A stretch of 62,155 nt of DNA, filler included, from Sphacelaria rigidula (lineage: Eukaryota): the NCBI GenBank assembly GCA_964200075.2. It is 11 parts of 11 records of this genome, joined end to end, with 100 filler letters (N's around TTAATTAATTAA, not from the genome) between each part and the next. Parts side by side here need not be neighbours in the genome. Positions count along the whole stretch, not along the records: positions 50,938 to 56,496 come from CAXNAA020026337.1; positions 56,597 to 62,155 come from CAXNAA020026338.1; 9 more parts are not named here. One strand, 5' to 3'. Positions within the stretch are counted from its first letter, which is position 1. Every line of letters begins with the position of its first letter. Shown here one piece after another: positions 51,090 to 62,155 of the stretch. A program made the position numbers and the translations under genes. The notes below the pieces were generated by a model. That model was not told the origin of the DNA, ran no database searches, and saw only the letters and a program-made list of their open reading frames with translations.

Positions 51090-54000
51090 TTACATGGCGG
51101 TTGGGTCAAACGTGGTCATCGGTGTGGTGGGCACGGGTGTAGGTGCAGGAGGTACATCTGCAGGGGCAAATGTTGGAACGGGCGAGGTGAAGCAGGGGAC
51201 GACGTGCAAAGGTGACGATGGCAGTGGCAAGACACGGTGATTATCTCAGGGCGGGATGTAACGCCAACGCGTTGCTCGCAAAGGTGGTGGCCATGCTGTG
51301 GGAGAGTAGTGGCGATGTAGACAGAAAATGATTCAGTCACCACATGGTGTAAGGCTGACGACCGCTGTAGGTGGCGAACGATATCCACAAACTTGACTGC
51401 GTTCTCGACACTTGATAGCGTACAACCATTTCTTCTTGTGCATATTATATCAAAATGTCGGGATTTGAAACACCGTGAGCTTTGCTAAATCTGTGTGGGG
51501 TGCACAGTTTGCTGAACTGAAACAGAAGAACACCGTTGGTGGCAAGCGATATTCTACACGCATTTTTTGCGCTCATGACACCCCATTCCGTTCAGCTCTA
51601 ATATCGAGCCCCTGACAACAAAGTGGGTTAAAAGAAAAGGCGGCTGAAATTTCGAGAATACAAAAGTCTCCAGGCTGGGTACTGCCTTGAACCTTAAGAA
51701 GGCTGACCCGCCCTTTCTCTGCCTATCCAGGCTTGAGATATAAAGGCCAACCAATCGGGGCACCACAACAGCACAGCAGCGGCACAATACTGTAGAAGAG
51801 ACCTCCCATCATACCCCCCCATTGTGGTGATGAAACTGTTTTCTTTTCTGAAAGGGTCTTCTCAACGTAAAATTCGAGGTGGACTCGTTGGAGCACAATG
51901 TGCGAAATGGAAAAGTGCGGTTTCCCGCTCGCATACTGTAGAAGGAGATATAGTAAGGCTGAACCTGTTTCTGGTTTTTCGTCAGAGGTTCGATACTGTG
52001 CTTCTGTTGTGGATTGTTACAAAACCTCGGAATATGAGAAATAGTGAACTTTGCCACACCTGTTTGAGAGCACGGGTGCTTGACCTGAGGCAAAAATGGC
52101 CAGGGCTAAGCTACGAGACAACCACAAAAGACGCCTGGCGGGCGTATCATGAGGACCGTGCTGAATGCCCATCGACACTTCATTACACAGGACTCGACCA
52201 CCAACACATAGAAGTGCATGCCCCTGTGTACATAGACCATTTTCCACGAATTCGATGGCCGTACAGTTACCGTTGACTATTGCCGAGTTAGCCCCCCCAC
52301 AAACCCTGCACCGCCGCCGTCCAACAAACCGGCTGCAATCCCACTATTGGGCTCGTTTTCAGCAATTGCGCTCAGATGAAAGACGTAACAGTCCGAAATC
52401 AGCTAAAACGCCCAAATGAGTCGCGTCGTGCAGCACGAAACCAGCCCTAACGGCATTTATCACCATCGCCTCCGTGCACGTTTTTAGCCGGTTCGGGGCG
52501 GGAGCTATCTCGGCAGCAGTCCGTTCTGCTCTATCACCGTCGTGGGAATTTTCGGAGCTGTTCATACCGTACAACGCATTCAAGAGTAGCACGCAGGGGG
52601 TACCAAACAGAACTTGCGCTGGGGCCGATCTCTGCTTGAGCATCAGTCGTTGCTTTTGGTCAACGTGGAGAATGTCGTTCAAGGGACCTACTCGGTGGAG
52701 AAACCGCAGCGCAATTTTTGCCCGGCATTCTCCTGGTCCGGAAATATGTAAGCTGAAACGCATACCGCACAATGAAAAGTTGCGAATTGAACATAAAAGA
52801 AACAAAACCGATTACGCCATGATGACACGAATGCGCACAGGCCCCTCGCAAAGGCTGCTGCTGCGGTGTACTCCACGTAATGAAGCGCACTTTATGAATC
52901 CTCAGTGGAGGGCGCGTTTTTGGTAGACCGGGGGCATCAGTGCTGGGGGCTGAGCCGCGAAAACCAGCGCAACCGATCGCTCGGTTGAGTATAATGCATA
53001 TGTTTTTACTTTTGTCGTTCTTATGCATATATATATATATATAGCCTAGCTCACAATGCTGGTGCTTACATGGGTTGAAGATGCACTCGATCAGAATCAC
53101 GCAGAACGCGGTGGGACATATGACCAAGATCCCAAAGGCCGGAGTCCAGACGGGCAACAAGGTCGGAGCCGTGACTGGAGTGTTGCCGACGAAAACCGAG
53201 TTGACGAGCACGTTCAGCCAGTAGAATCCGAATCCGCTGACGCCAGTGATCCGAGAAAAGTTGATGTAGAACTGGTTGAGGAAGACAGTGAGGCCGAGAT
53301 GCATACCGACGGAAGAGGTCAGCGGCGATCAGTCCAGCAAGGTTCCGTGTTGATTTTGGTTGTGGATGCCGTTTTCGTCGTCGACGGTGTACCTTAGAGC
53401 ACCGCACTTTTCATTACGCATCAGTGCTACTGGAATAGTACGTGCTATCGAATATTACGGTGTACTCTGGCGTTGGGACGCAACTTGCATGGCTTTTCAA
53501 TTTTGCGACGCGCTAATGTTATCTCAACCAAACTTCACCCAACCCGGTCACCCAGCCGGACCCAGCCACCCACAAACTAGACCACTCATTCGTACGCCGT
53601 GTTATCCAAAGTGGATATGCATTCCGGGAGTGGGTACATTTTGGCCCCGATAGCTCGCTCCTCACGCAATTGGTTTCTTCGGGTGCGATGCGCATCCCAA
53701 GCGGCAAGAGCAGGACAAGACAAGAAGGAGGCAAGCACCGACCCGGACTCGTATCACGTCGCCAGTGGGAGGGCATGTATGGAGGTTAGCAACGAGGCAA
53801 CAAATCGGAATGTTGTGGATAGACAGTTATAATGCGTGAGAGGACCGCGTGCTTAGAGGACCGCATCGGAATTTGAACATTCCTATGCTTAGGGTTAGGG
53901 TTAGGGATAGTAGTAAGGTTAGTGGTACCTGCAGGGACTGGCCCGATTCGTTTCGAAAAACGTAAATCCTGAGGTGTTTTGAACTACGGCGCGGTCCTCT

Positions 54001-56496
54001 AAGCACGCGGTCCTCTCACGCATTACACAGGGATCACACGCGTTCGAATACAGCAGCAAGGGTGAGGACTTGAATCGTTGCGAACATCGTACATCCCTCT
54101 GCTTTTGATGTCACAGTAAGAAGAAAATAGCGCGTCGCACCTTGGCTGAGGTGTGACTTGCATGTCCTACCGTGATTCGAATGAGCTGTGGCGCGGCACT
54201 CGTCCGATTGCGGGCAACGAACGCATCAGCTCCTTATTATGCAGTCACATCATTCATCGCTGGATCCCGCGGCGTCTGAAATCGCACTCACCGCACGAAG
54301 GCCCTGCAGATCGCGACCGTCGTCGCGGAGCCATTGCTGTCCATCGAGCGCCTCCATCAACTGTCGCCGATCCGCCGGCGTTACGGTGGCAATAACGTTG
54401 CCCGCTGGCTGATTGGTGTCCCGCTCAACCACATCTAGCGATATCTCCCCCTGATCTTGAGCTGCGTTTTCCAGGTCATCATACCCCACAGTTACCGTGG
54501 CGACTGTTGTGTTAACCCCCTGAGGCAGGGTAGGTGGCGGAGTGATCGCGGCAGTTGGTGCAGGTGTAGGCGCTGCATCTGCAGGGAAAAGTGTCGTGAT
54601 AGAGGCAAGGCAGCAGAGGACGACGCGCAAAAACGACAACGGCAATTGTAGGACTCCGTGGTCATCTTAGGACGGGATATATCGGCACCACATTACTTGC
54701 AGATCTATCTGTTGCTCATGCCGTGGCAAAGACGAAGCCGTGGAGACACAAATAGTTGGTCACACCATAGCACGGCACCGGCAAACGCGGCCGGCATTTA
54801 ACGGTATTCTACACATTTTGCTGCGCTCATGAGACCACATGCCGTGCAGCTATTTCTTCTGCCAGATATTACAACGATCGGCTTTAAAAACCGTGAACTC
54901 TGCCAAGGGGTTCGGTGCACAACTCGTTGACCCGAGGCACAAAGACTAAGCTACGAGACTACCGAAGGAAACGCCTAGACGTATTATGAAAATCGTGCTG
55001 CATGTGCACTGACATTTCATTACACACGGCTTAGCCATCAATATGTGGGCGTATTTGGCCTCAGATACATGGTCTGCGTTTCATAAATTGGTCGGTCCTG
55101 TGCTTGCGGTACTGCTCCTTCGCCGTGCTTAGAAGTTCCGTGACTGTACATCCCGTACAACGTATCCAAGATTGGTGTGAAGGGCGTAACGAACGGAGCG
55201 TGCGCTGAGTTCGATCGCTGCTCAAGCATCCGCCCCAGCTTGGGATCAATGTGGAGATTGCCTCAATCGAGGGACCTACTCGGGCGAGCGATCGCACACT
55301 ACGCGCTGGTCCTGCGCAGCGGTCGCTGCTACGGTGTATACTACGCGTTGGGCCACACATTTCAAAATCTCAGTTGAGAGCGTGTTGTTGGTCTACGGCA
55401 GGCACCGGTCCTAGTTGCTAGTCCACGAAAACCATGGGCACCAATCGCTCCGTTCGTGAGTAACATTTCCACTTCCACTCGATGGTGATGCTATCATTCA
55501 TGTTCCACCTGGCCCATGAAACCGGTTCTTACATGGAGTGAAGAAGGCCCTAACCTCGACCAGGCATTGGGTGCTGGAACATGTGACAGAGATGACGTAG
55601 GGCGGGGACCAGACGGGGAACGCAACAGCGGGCGTGGTCGGAGTGTTGCCGACGAAGACCGAGTTGACATCTACGCCGATCCAGTAGTATCCAAACTGAG
55701 ACATGCCCTCGATACCAGCGAATGCTAGCTCAAACTGGCGAAGCAAGGCAGCAACACAGGGGTGCACAGCAGCGGAATAGATCAGCGGCCATGAGTTGAT
55801 CAAGCTCAGGTGTTGACAATGGTGGGTGTAGCACTTCCGGTCAGCGACATACTGGGACCACTGAGCTCATGCAAGCGGGTTGGCGCGAGCAGACACTACG
55901 TTTCACAGACCGGGTCGTCCATTCATAAGCCAAAGCACACACAACTAAAAAGGCAGACGGGTAGTAGCCTTAGTTTGGTTCTGGTATTCTTCATTTCACA
56001 AACGTATCGCGTTCGTGGTACTATGTGTGCGCACCAAGTGAACATTACAGCATTAAACAGATACACGGATCGACAGAGATCGATATCGTATCGTCAGCTA
56101 CATTTAGTAGATAAGATCGGCGTCGAGTGAAGACATCAAAATGTTGGAGGTACACGGTGGCCGATTCTGTGTTCAGAGCAGTCCGCGTCGCATCTTCCCG
56201 CAGGCACAGATCACGTGTTTTACGTTGTTTCGAGCAAGCTGTGTTTGTGCACTCGTGTGGTGGTGGCCAATCGACGTACGAGATCTCCACCGTAAGGCCA
56301 CATCCTTTCTTGCTGCAGCTCGTGAGTTCTTGAAACATACTCACTGTATTTAGGGTCTGCAAATCGCGACTGTCGCCGCGGAGTCCTTGCTGCCCGTCGA
56401 CCGCTTCCATCATCTGTCGCCGACGCGCCATCGTCACAGTCACAATGACAGACCCCACTATTTCGTTGGTTACTGCGTCCCTCACGACCAGGTTGA
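51090..56496 (-). CDS. Partial gene of duplicated exon pairs encoding C2-like modules with PT-rich inserts and RxL linkers; exons 56496-56345, 55734-55533, 54578-54292, 53271-53070, 51157-51090
   Basis: Two paralogous 202-nt exons (YWIGVDVNSVFVGNTP..PVWSP and YWLNVLVNSVFVGNTP..PVWTP) and two paralogous RRQ..DGQQ.LR.D.RDLQ exons. Splice sites are canonical and phases (0 then 1) join in frame. The flanking introns are duplicated too. Confidence 0.7.
53830..54025. mobile_element. Intronic MITE with perfect ~35-bp TIRs and internal (TTAGGG)3
   Basis: taatgcgtgagaggaccgcgtgcttagaggaccgc (53830-53864) is the exact reverse complement of 53991-54025. The terminal TA may be the TSD. ttagggttagggttaggg lies at 53889-53906. 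Confidence 0.9.
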
Positions 56497-56596
56497 NNNN
56501 NNNNNNNNNNNNNNNNNNNNNNNNNNNNNNNNNNNNNNNNTTAATTAATTAANNNNNNNNNNNNNNNNNNNNNNNNNNNNNNNNNNNNNNNNNNNN

Positions 56597-59500
56597 GTAC
56601 GGATTTTGAGGGTGTCGTGGCTGTGCCGGGGATGAAGTTGGGTAAGGCTGGTTTGCCATTTGACGCCGTGTTCGCTGAGCGATGCGGAAAATTCCAGACT
56701 GCCAACCCCGGTGCCCCCTGGCGTGTTTGTGGTCGAAACGGAGGTATCTGCTCCGCCAGACGAGATGTACGTAGGCTTGGGTGTGGACAAACGCGTGGCT
56801 TTTCGGCGTATGTGGGATCGCCTCCCTGTGCATTTGCGGAGTATAACTTCCGGGTTGAAGGACAAGTACTGGCAGGTGGAGGATATCGACAAATTGGCGG
56901 ATGTATTGTGCAAGTTTTCGCATCGGTTTTTGGTTGACAAGATGGATTTAGGGTATCGCACGGTGGACCCGTTCAAAATTGAACTGAAACCCCGGTCTAC
57001 TCCTATCAAGCAGCGCCCGTACCGTCACAATCCTGCCCCGCAACAGAAGGTGCAAGTGGAAATTGACAGACTCTTGGCTGGTGGCGTATTGCGGCGCTCT
57101 TATTCCGATTGGAGCTCCCCGCTGGTGGTGGTAAACAAGAAAGATGGGGGGATTCGTTTGACGTACAACTATCGGAAACTCAACGAAGCCACCGTCATCC
57201 CTGTTTTGCCCATCCCCACCATCGATAAACTTTTGGATGAACTAGGCGGCGCGAAAGTGTTTACGTGTTTAGATATTCTATCGGGTTATTTCAACATCTC
57301 GATCCATCCAGACACTATCCCCCTCACCGCCGTGTGTACGCAGTCGGATCTGTACGAATGGCTAGTTATGCCGATGGGGTGCAGCGGTAGCCCGGGTTGG
57401 TTCCAATCTATCATGGCGAGGGTGTGTGAAGGGCTGGAACGGTGCCGCCTTGATATTGACGATATCTGTACGTTCAGCGTAAATGGGGCTGAACATGTGA
57501 ACGACTTGGGCGCCTTTCTGAAACGACTGACAAAATTTAATTTGAAACTGGCGCCAAAGAAAGCGCACGTGGGGGCGCGTGAGACGCAATTCTTGGGTCA
57601 TCACATCTCGGCCGACGGCATCGCGCCCGAATCTAAGAAAGTGGATGCGCTACGACTAATACCTATGCCGACCAATGTCGGTGAGCTGCGTTCGCTCTCG
57701 GGGGGGGTTAAGTTATTATCGGAAGTTTATTCCCAAGATGGTCGCCCGTACCAAAGCCATTAATGGGTTGTTGAAAAAAGGGGTTGAGTTCAGCTTCACG
57801 CCGGAACACGAGGTTACCGTTCGCGAAATTCTGGACGATTTGTCTAGCTCTAGGGTTCTTGCTTTTCCAGACTATGAGGGTGCTGCGTCTGGTGGCCGTC
57901 CTTTTGTGTTGATTACGGATGCCAGCAAGGAGGGGCTGGGGGCTCTGGTGGAACAGCGCCAACCAGACGGTGCGGTGCGACCTTTATGCTTGTTGAGTTG
58001 GAGCACGTTGCCAAACGAACGAAACTGGACGGCCACTGAGTTGGAAGCGGGTGCGATCGTGTGGGCGGTGAAGAAAAATCGTCCGCTGTTTTATGGGGTG
58101 CCTTTCCAAATTTATAGCGACCACCAGCCTCTGTGTAGCCTTTTTAGCCTCGCAGAGAAGGTGCCGCGGGTTCAGCGTTGGCAGGATTTTCTTAGCGCGT
58201 ACACGTACGAAATTTTCTACAAACCAGGTTTCGCTAACTCCAATGCTGACGTATTGTCTCGCCTGCCGCAAGCTCACAGTCCGGAAGATGTTAGTGGACA
58301 GTTCCAAGTCACCGACCCTGCCGATGTCGATGTGTACTTTATTGGGGCAAGTGGTATCCTGCCTTGTGACTTCGAACGGCACCATGGCTCTGGTTTGGAT
58401 GGGCTCCCCGGTGGGTCAGGCGCGCCCCAGGGTTTCAGTGTGGATGGGCTTCCTCCTCATGGTGTAGTTCGAAGGGGGGAGAGAGACCACTCGGATATGC
58501 CGCTGACACTTTCAAAAGTAGCGGACGACGAGTGGGATCAAATTCAAAAGAATCTCAGGCAAAAATGGTTGATGGCAGTCTGGAAGGGTCCAGAAGTGGT
58601 AAGCGATGACTCGCGACTTCTCCTCCCGAGCGTGACGGATGTGGTGTGTGGGCAGTGGGAACCGGGATTGTGCTTACATGCTTGCCCGGTTACTGAAGTG
58701 GGAAAATATTTGCTACACAAGACGGCGGGTCCGGACGTTTTGGTAATCACGGATGGTGAGGCTGGGTCAGCAGAAGAGGACGGTTCGGGTACTCCCGCGC
58801 CCACTTTAGAGGCGGCGGAGGCATGTAATTTTGGTGAGCGGTTGTGCGCCAAGTCAGCGGGTGACTGGGTGCACATCCAAGAGACTGATCTGACCGCTCG
58901 TACGACTACTATGTACCTCTCACAGGGGACAATGTTACTCTCGAAGGAAGAAGAAAAGTCAGTGGATAGTGGTATCGATGTGAAAGAACTGAGGGCTTTG
59001 CTGGAACAAGGAGAACTATTTGAGCTAGCGGGCGGTAGCAAATTGTTGGTGAAAAAGTTGACTCCTGCGCCTTTGGATTTAGATGACCGTAACCCGGGGG
59101 TATTTGAGCGATACCTGGGGGACGAAGCTGTGCGAACGTATGTCCCGTTGATGCTGAGGCCCTGGGTAATGGACCAGACGCACAAAGAGGCGGTGCACCT
59201 TGGTGAAAAAGCTACCCTCTCTTTGTTGCGAAGGTTTTACTGGTGGATCGGTATGGAGGAGAGTGTGAAATTCTGGATTCGGCGCTGCTATTCTTGCCAG
59301 GCCAAGAAATCGGGTCGTTATACGGTGCGTTGGCCTCTGGTCTTGCTACCACTACCCAGTCGGCCGGGGAAAATGGGAGCGTTTGATTTTCTGGGCCCGT
59401 TGCCGAAAACAAAGCGGGGCAACATACACATCTTCCTCATGGTGGATCTGTTTAGTAGGCACGCGGAAGCGTACGCGATTACCGCTGAAGAGCACTCGGC

Positions 59501-62155
59501 TGCGGGATGTGCTGCAATCATTGTGGGAGATTATGTACCACGATGGGGTTGCCCGCACACATTCTTGTCGGATCGGAGATCGGAGTTCACTTCCGCTGTG
59601 TGTAAATCGGTCTATGAAATGATGGGGGCGGTAAAGCGGTTCACGAGTTCGTATCACCCTCAGACGAATGGGATGGTGGAGCGGTTAAACCACACTTTGT
59701 GTCAAATGCTGTCTTATTTGGTGGTGGACGATCAGAGCAACTGGGATGAGTCCCTGATGCATGCGATTTCAAGTCATAGCAATAACATCAGCAGGGGTAC
59801 TGGGTTGTCTCCAAACGAGGTACATATTGGACGCTACCCGCGCATGCCCATGACCATTCTAGAAGGTAGGGGGGTACGGAGGCACCAAGGTTTGAAGGCC
59901 GAGAGTTGGACTATCTCCAGCTGATGAGAGACCGGCAGGTAAAAGCGTACGAGTTGGTGAGACAAGATGATTTTTTTTATCAAAGCGAAACATGAAGCCA
60001 AGGACCAGGATATTGAGGAAATGGCCAACAACCGGCCCAAATGGGAAGCGGGGCAGTGGGTGTTTGTGTACGATGATAGGAGCATCATCGCCGCGGGAGG
60101 TAAGGCCGTGCAGGTAGCGGCGACTTCAGCCCGGACGTCTATGGCTCTCTCAGCGAAGCTGGCTCAGTGTGGGACGGGGCCTTTCAAAATTTTATTGATG
60201 GGACCGGGGGCAACATCGGAGGGTGAACAGGTGGGTAGAAATTTGTTGTTGCTGGAGCTTCGCCGAAACGAACCAGGGGTCAACATGAACTCCAGGGTGC
60301 CGGTGGCAAGGTGTAAGCGGTGCTATAACCCTCATGAGGGGCCGGACAAGCCGAAATTTTTGCCTTGGGGTTTGAGTCAGTATGTGCTGAACAAATATTC
60401 CGAACTGTCGCCTCCTCTGCATTTAAAAACGGAGGGTGTGACGAGGGAGTTGGACACGCACAGAATACTCCCTGAAAAACTGGTAAAACACAGGTTGTCG
60501 CGAGGTGTGGGTGGTAAGTTGGTGGTTCAATACCTCACGCGTTGGGACGGTTTGGATGTTCCTCGGTGGGAGCATGAAGCCGACCTTGAGCAGTACGGTC
60601 GGGAGGTAACTTTGAAATATTGGTTGGGGGAACCAATTCAGGTGCAAGGTGACAACGCGCAGTATCGTATATACCGCATTCATTTGTCGAGGCGCATAAC
60701 GGCGCACGAGCGTGGTGGGTATTACGTTGCGCCAGAGTGTAAGGTGTCGGGGCGCCGAAAAGATGGGCTGGACGTGTATGATCCTGACATTGTTGGTTCC
60801 TATGTGTATTTTAAAACGGTCACCGCAGGTTGGCAGTTGTCCGAGGTGGTGAGACTGGAGGAGAACGCCGGTCAGCAGGAGCGCCCGCACATCCTCCGCA
60901 TGATGGATCTGGGTCGCAAATACGCGGTACACCTCAAGTGGGCAGCCCTCGATGAGAGTCGGGGTCGGGCGGGGGACTGGTGTTGGCACATCCACATCCT
61001 GCGGAAACACGTCGAACATTTCGCGCATGGCTGGTGACGAGGCGGGGCGTTTTCGTGGTGGGACTAATTGTGGTGGCTCCACATGCCGAGGGAGACCATC
61101 AAATATTCCGCGCATGTGTGGGACAGGGCGGGGCTTTTCGTGGTGGAACTGGTTGTGGTGGGGGATGACTGGTGTTGGCACATCCACATCCTGAGGAAAT
61201 TCATCAAATATTTCGCGCACGGCTGGTGACGGGGCGGGGCGTTTTCAAGGAGGAGCTAGGATAGACGGGCGGAGGATTCTTTTTTGTGTTAGTTGTGTCG
61301 GACAGGGCGAGGTGGATCGAGGTGGACGGAGACATTGTTGTTTGGAATGTGCTATCAGGGGGGGGCGGTTATCCGGAGCGCCGCGGAGCTGCATGCAAGA
61401 AATAGCAGGAGGACGCCGCGAATACCTGATGTAATGGCTGGAGCTTGGAATTGACTCATGACCATTTGTAGTTTCGCGTGGACTTTTTCTTGGCGGATTG
61501 AAATTTGGAGCCGGCGTCACCGCTGCTTTTCCGATTTCCCCACTCCTTGTGAGCGGTTGTGTCCGGAGGCGGTGACTCTGGATAGTAAGTAGCAACAATC
61601 GCGTGAAGTTTTTCTTGGTGGATTAAGATTTGGAGTCGGAGTTACTGCTGCTTTTCTGATTTCCCCACTCCTCGCGAGCGGTTGTGTCCGGAGGCGGTAA
61701 CTCTGGATATTAAGTAGAAACATGACATGTGTCTTTGATCGGGAAATATCATCATGATTTTTTTTGTTGTCTTTGTCTTTCGGTCGTTTCAAGTAGGCTT
61801 TAGACAGTGTGACCGAACTCTCGTTGAGTGGTTTCGCCTGGTTTTATTTCTTCGTGGCTTGATATCGAGCCGGAGCCGTCATCTCCGTCGATTTCCCACT
61901 CTTTGGAGGCGGACACATCCGGAGTCAGTCGGTGGTCGGGATCGGGACTGCCTTGTTTAGATGCAAAACTAAAGTAGGAACAGGCGGGTCGGGGCTTAAT
62001 AACTGAGCTCGTTCCAGTCAATGTTGTTTGCACAAAGTAGGGTCCGGCTATGACCAAACTTTATGCTCACAGGATGGGCTGATGTTGTGAGCTCATTTTT
62101 CAGTGGGTAACTTAGTTATTGTAAGCGCCGTGTCTACGACGGAGATTGCTTGCTA
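56597..62155 (+). mobile_element. Ty3/Gypsy chromodomain-type LTR retrotransposon, pol to 3' UTR, defective
   Basis: RT (PIKQRPYR, WSSPLVVV, MPMG, catalytic motif changed to LDIDD), RNase H (TDAS, ELE, YSDH), integrase (H-H-C-C, FDFLGP, LSD, YHPQTNGMVER), GPF motif and chromodomain (QYLTRWDG...WEHE). Frameshifts near 57700 and 59900. The 3' LTR may start near 62084. Confidence 0.96.
60972..61720 (+). repeat. Tandem repeats in the Gypsy 3' region (~3 copies of ~90 bp at 60972-61246; 2 copies of ~124 bp at 61475-61720)
   Basis: gactggtgttggcacatccacatcctg and gagcggttgtgtccggaggcggt each recur. Confidence 0.85.

Noticed and set aside
54579..54645. Signal peptide with non-AUG start (LPLSFLRVVLCC...)
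   Set aside because: There is no in-frame ATG, the paralogous stretch is not hydrophobic, and it coincides with a pyrimidine tract and ctgcag acceptor. It is probably intronic.

Overview
Eukaryotic, intron-rich and TE-rich DNA, most consistent with a brown alga (Phaeophyceae). That assignment is inferred from ~50% GC, splice-site style, TTAGGG repeats and the TE content. The window is not one locus. It is 11 unlinked contigs of 5560 bp (x6) and 5559 bp (x5), sorted by length and joined by artificial 100-bp N44-TTAATTAATTAA-N44 spacers, so nothing can be linked across a spacer. Host-like genes: a complete 6-exon ankyrin-repeat gene, the first exon of an Old Yellow Enzyme, the first exon of a secreted protein, and part of a gene made of duplicated exon pairs encoding C2-like modules separated by RxL linkers. 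Mobile DNA: an RTE-type LINE, a Ty1/copia remnant missed by the ORF track, a chromodomain-bearing Ty3/Gypsy pol, a probable Helitron remnant, several MITE families (some with verified 4-bp TSDs and Sola2-like ends), long foldback hairpins and tRNA-derived SINE heads. The most interesting item is a spliced, decayed minus-strand gene at about 18.6-22.5 kb. It joins a PHD finger to a full-length prokaryote-type beta-class (N6/N4) DNA amino-methyltransferase fold whose catalytic motifs are degenerate. All family calls come from reading motifs by eye; no database searches were run.
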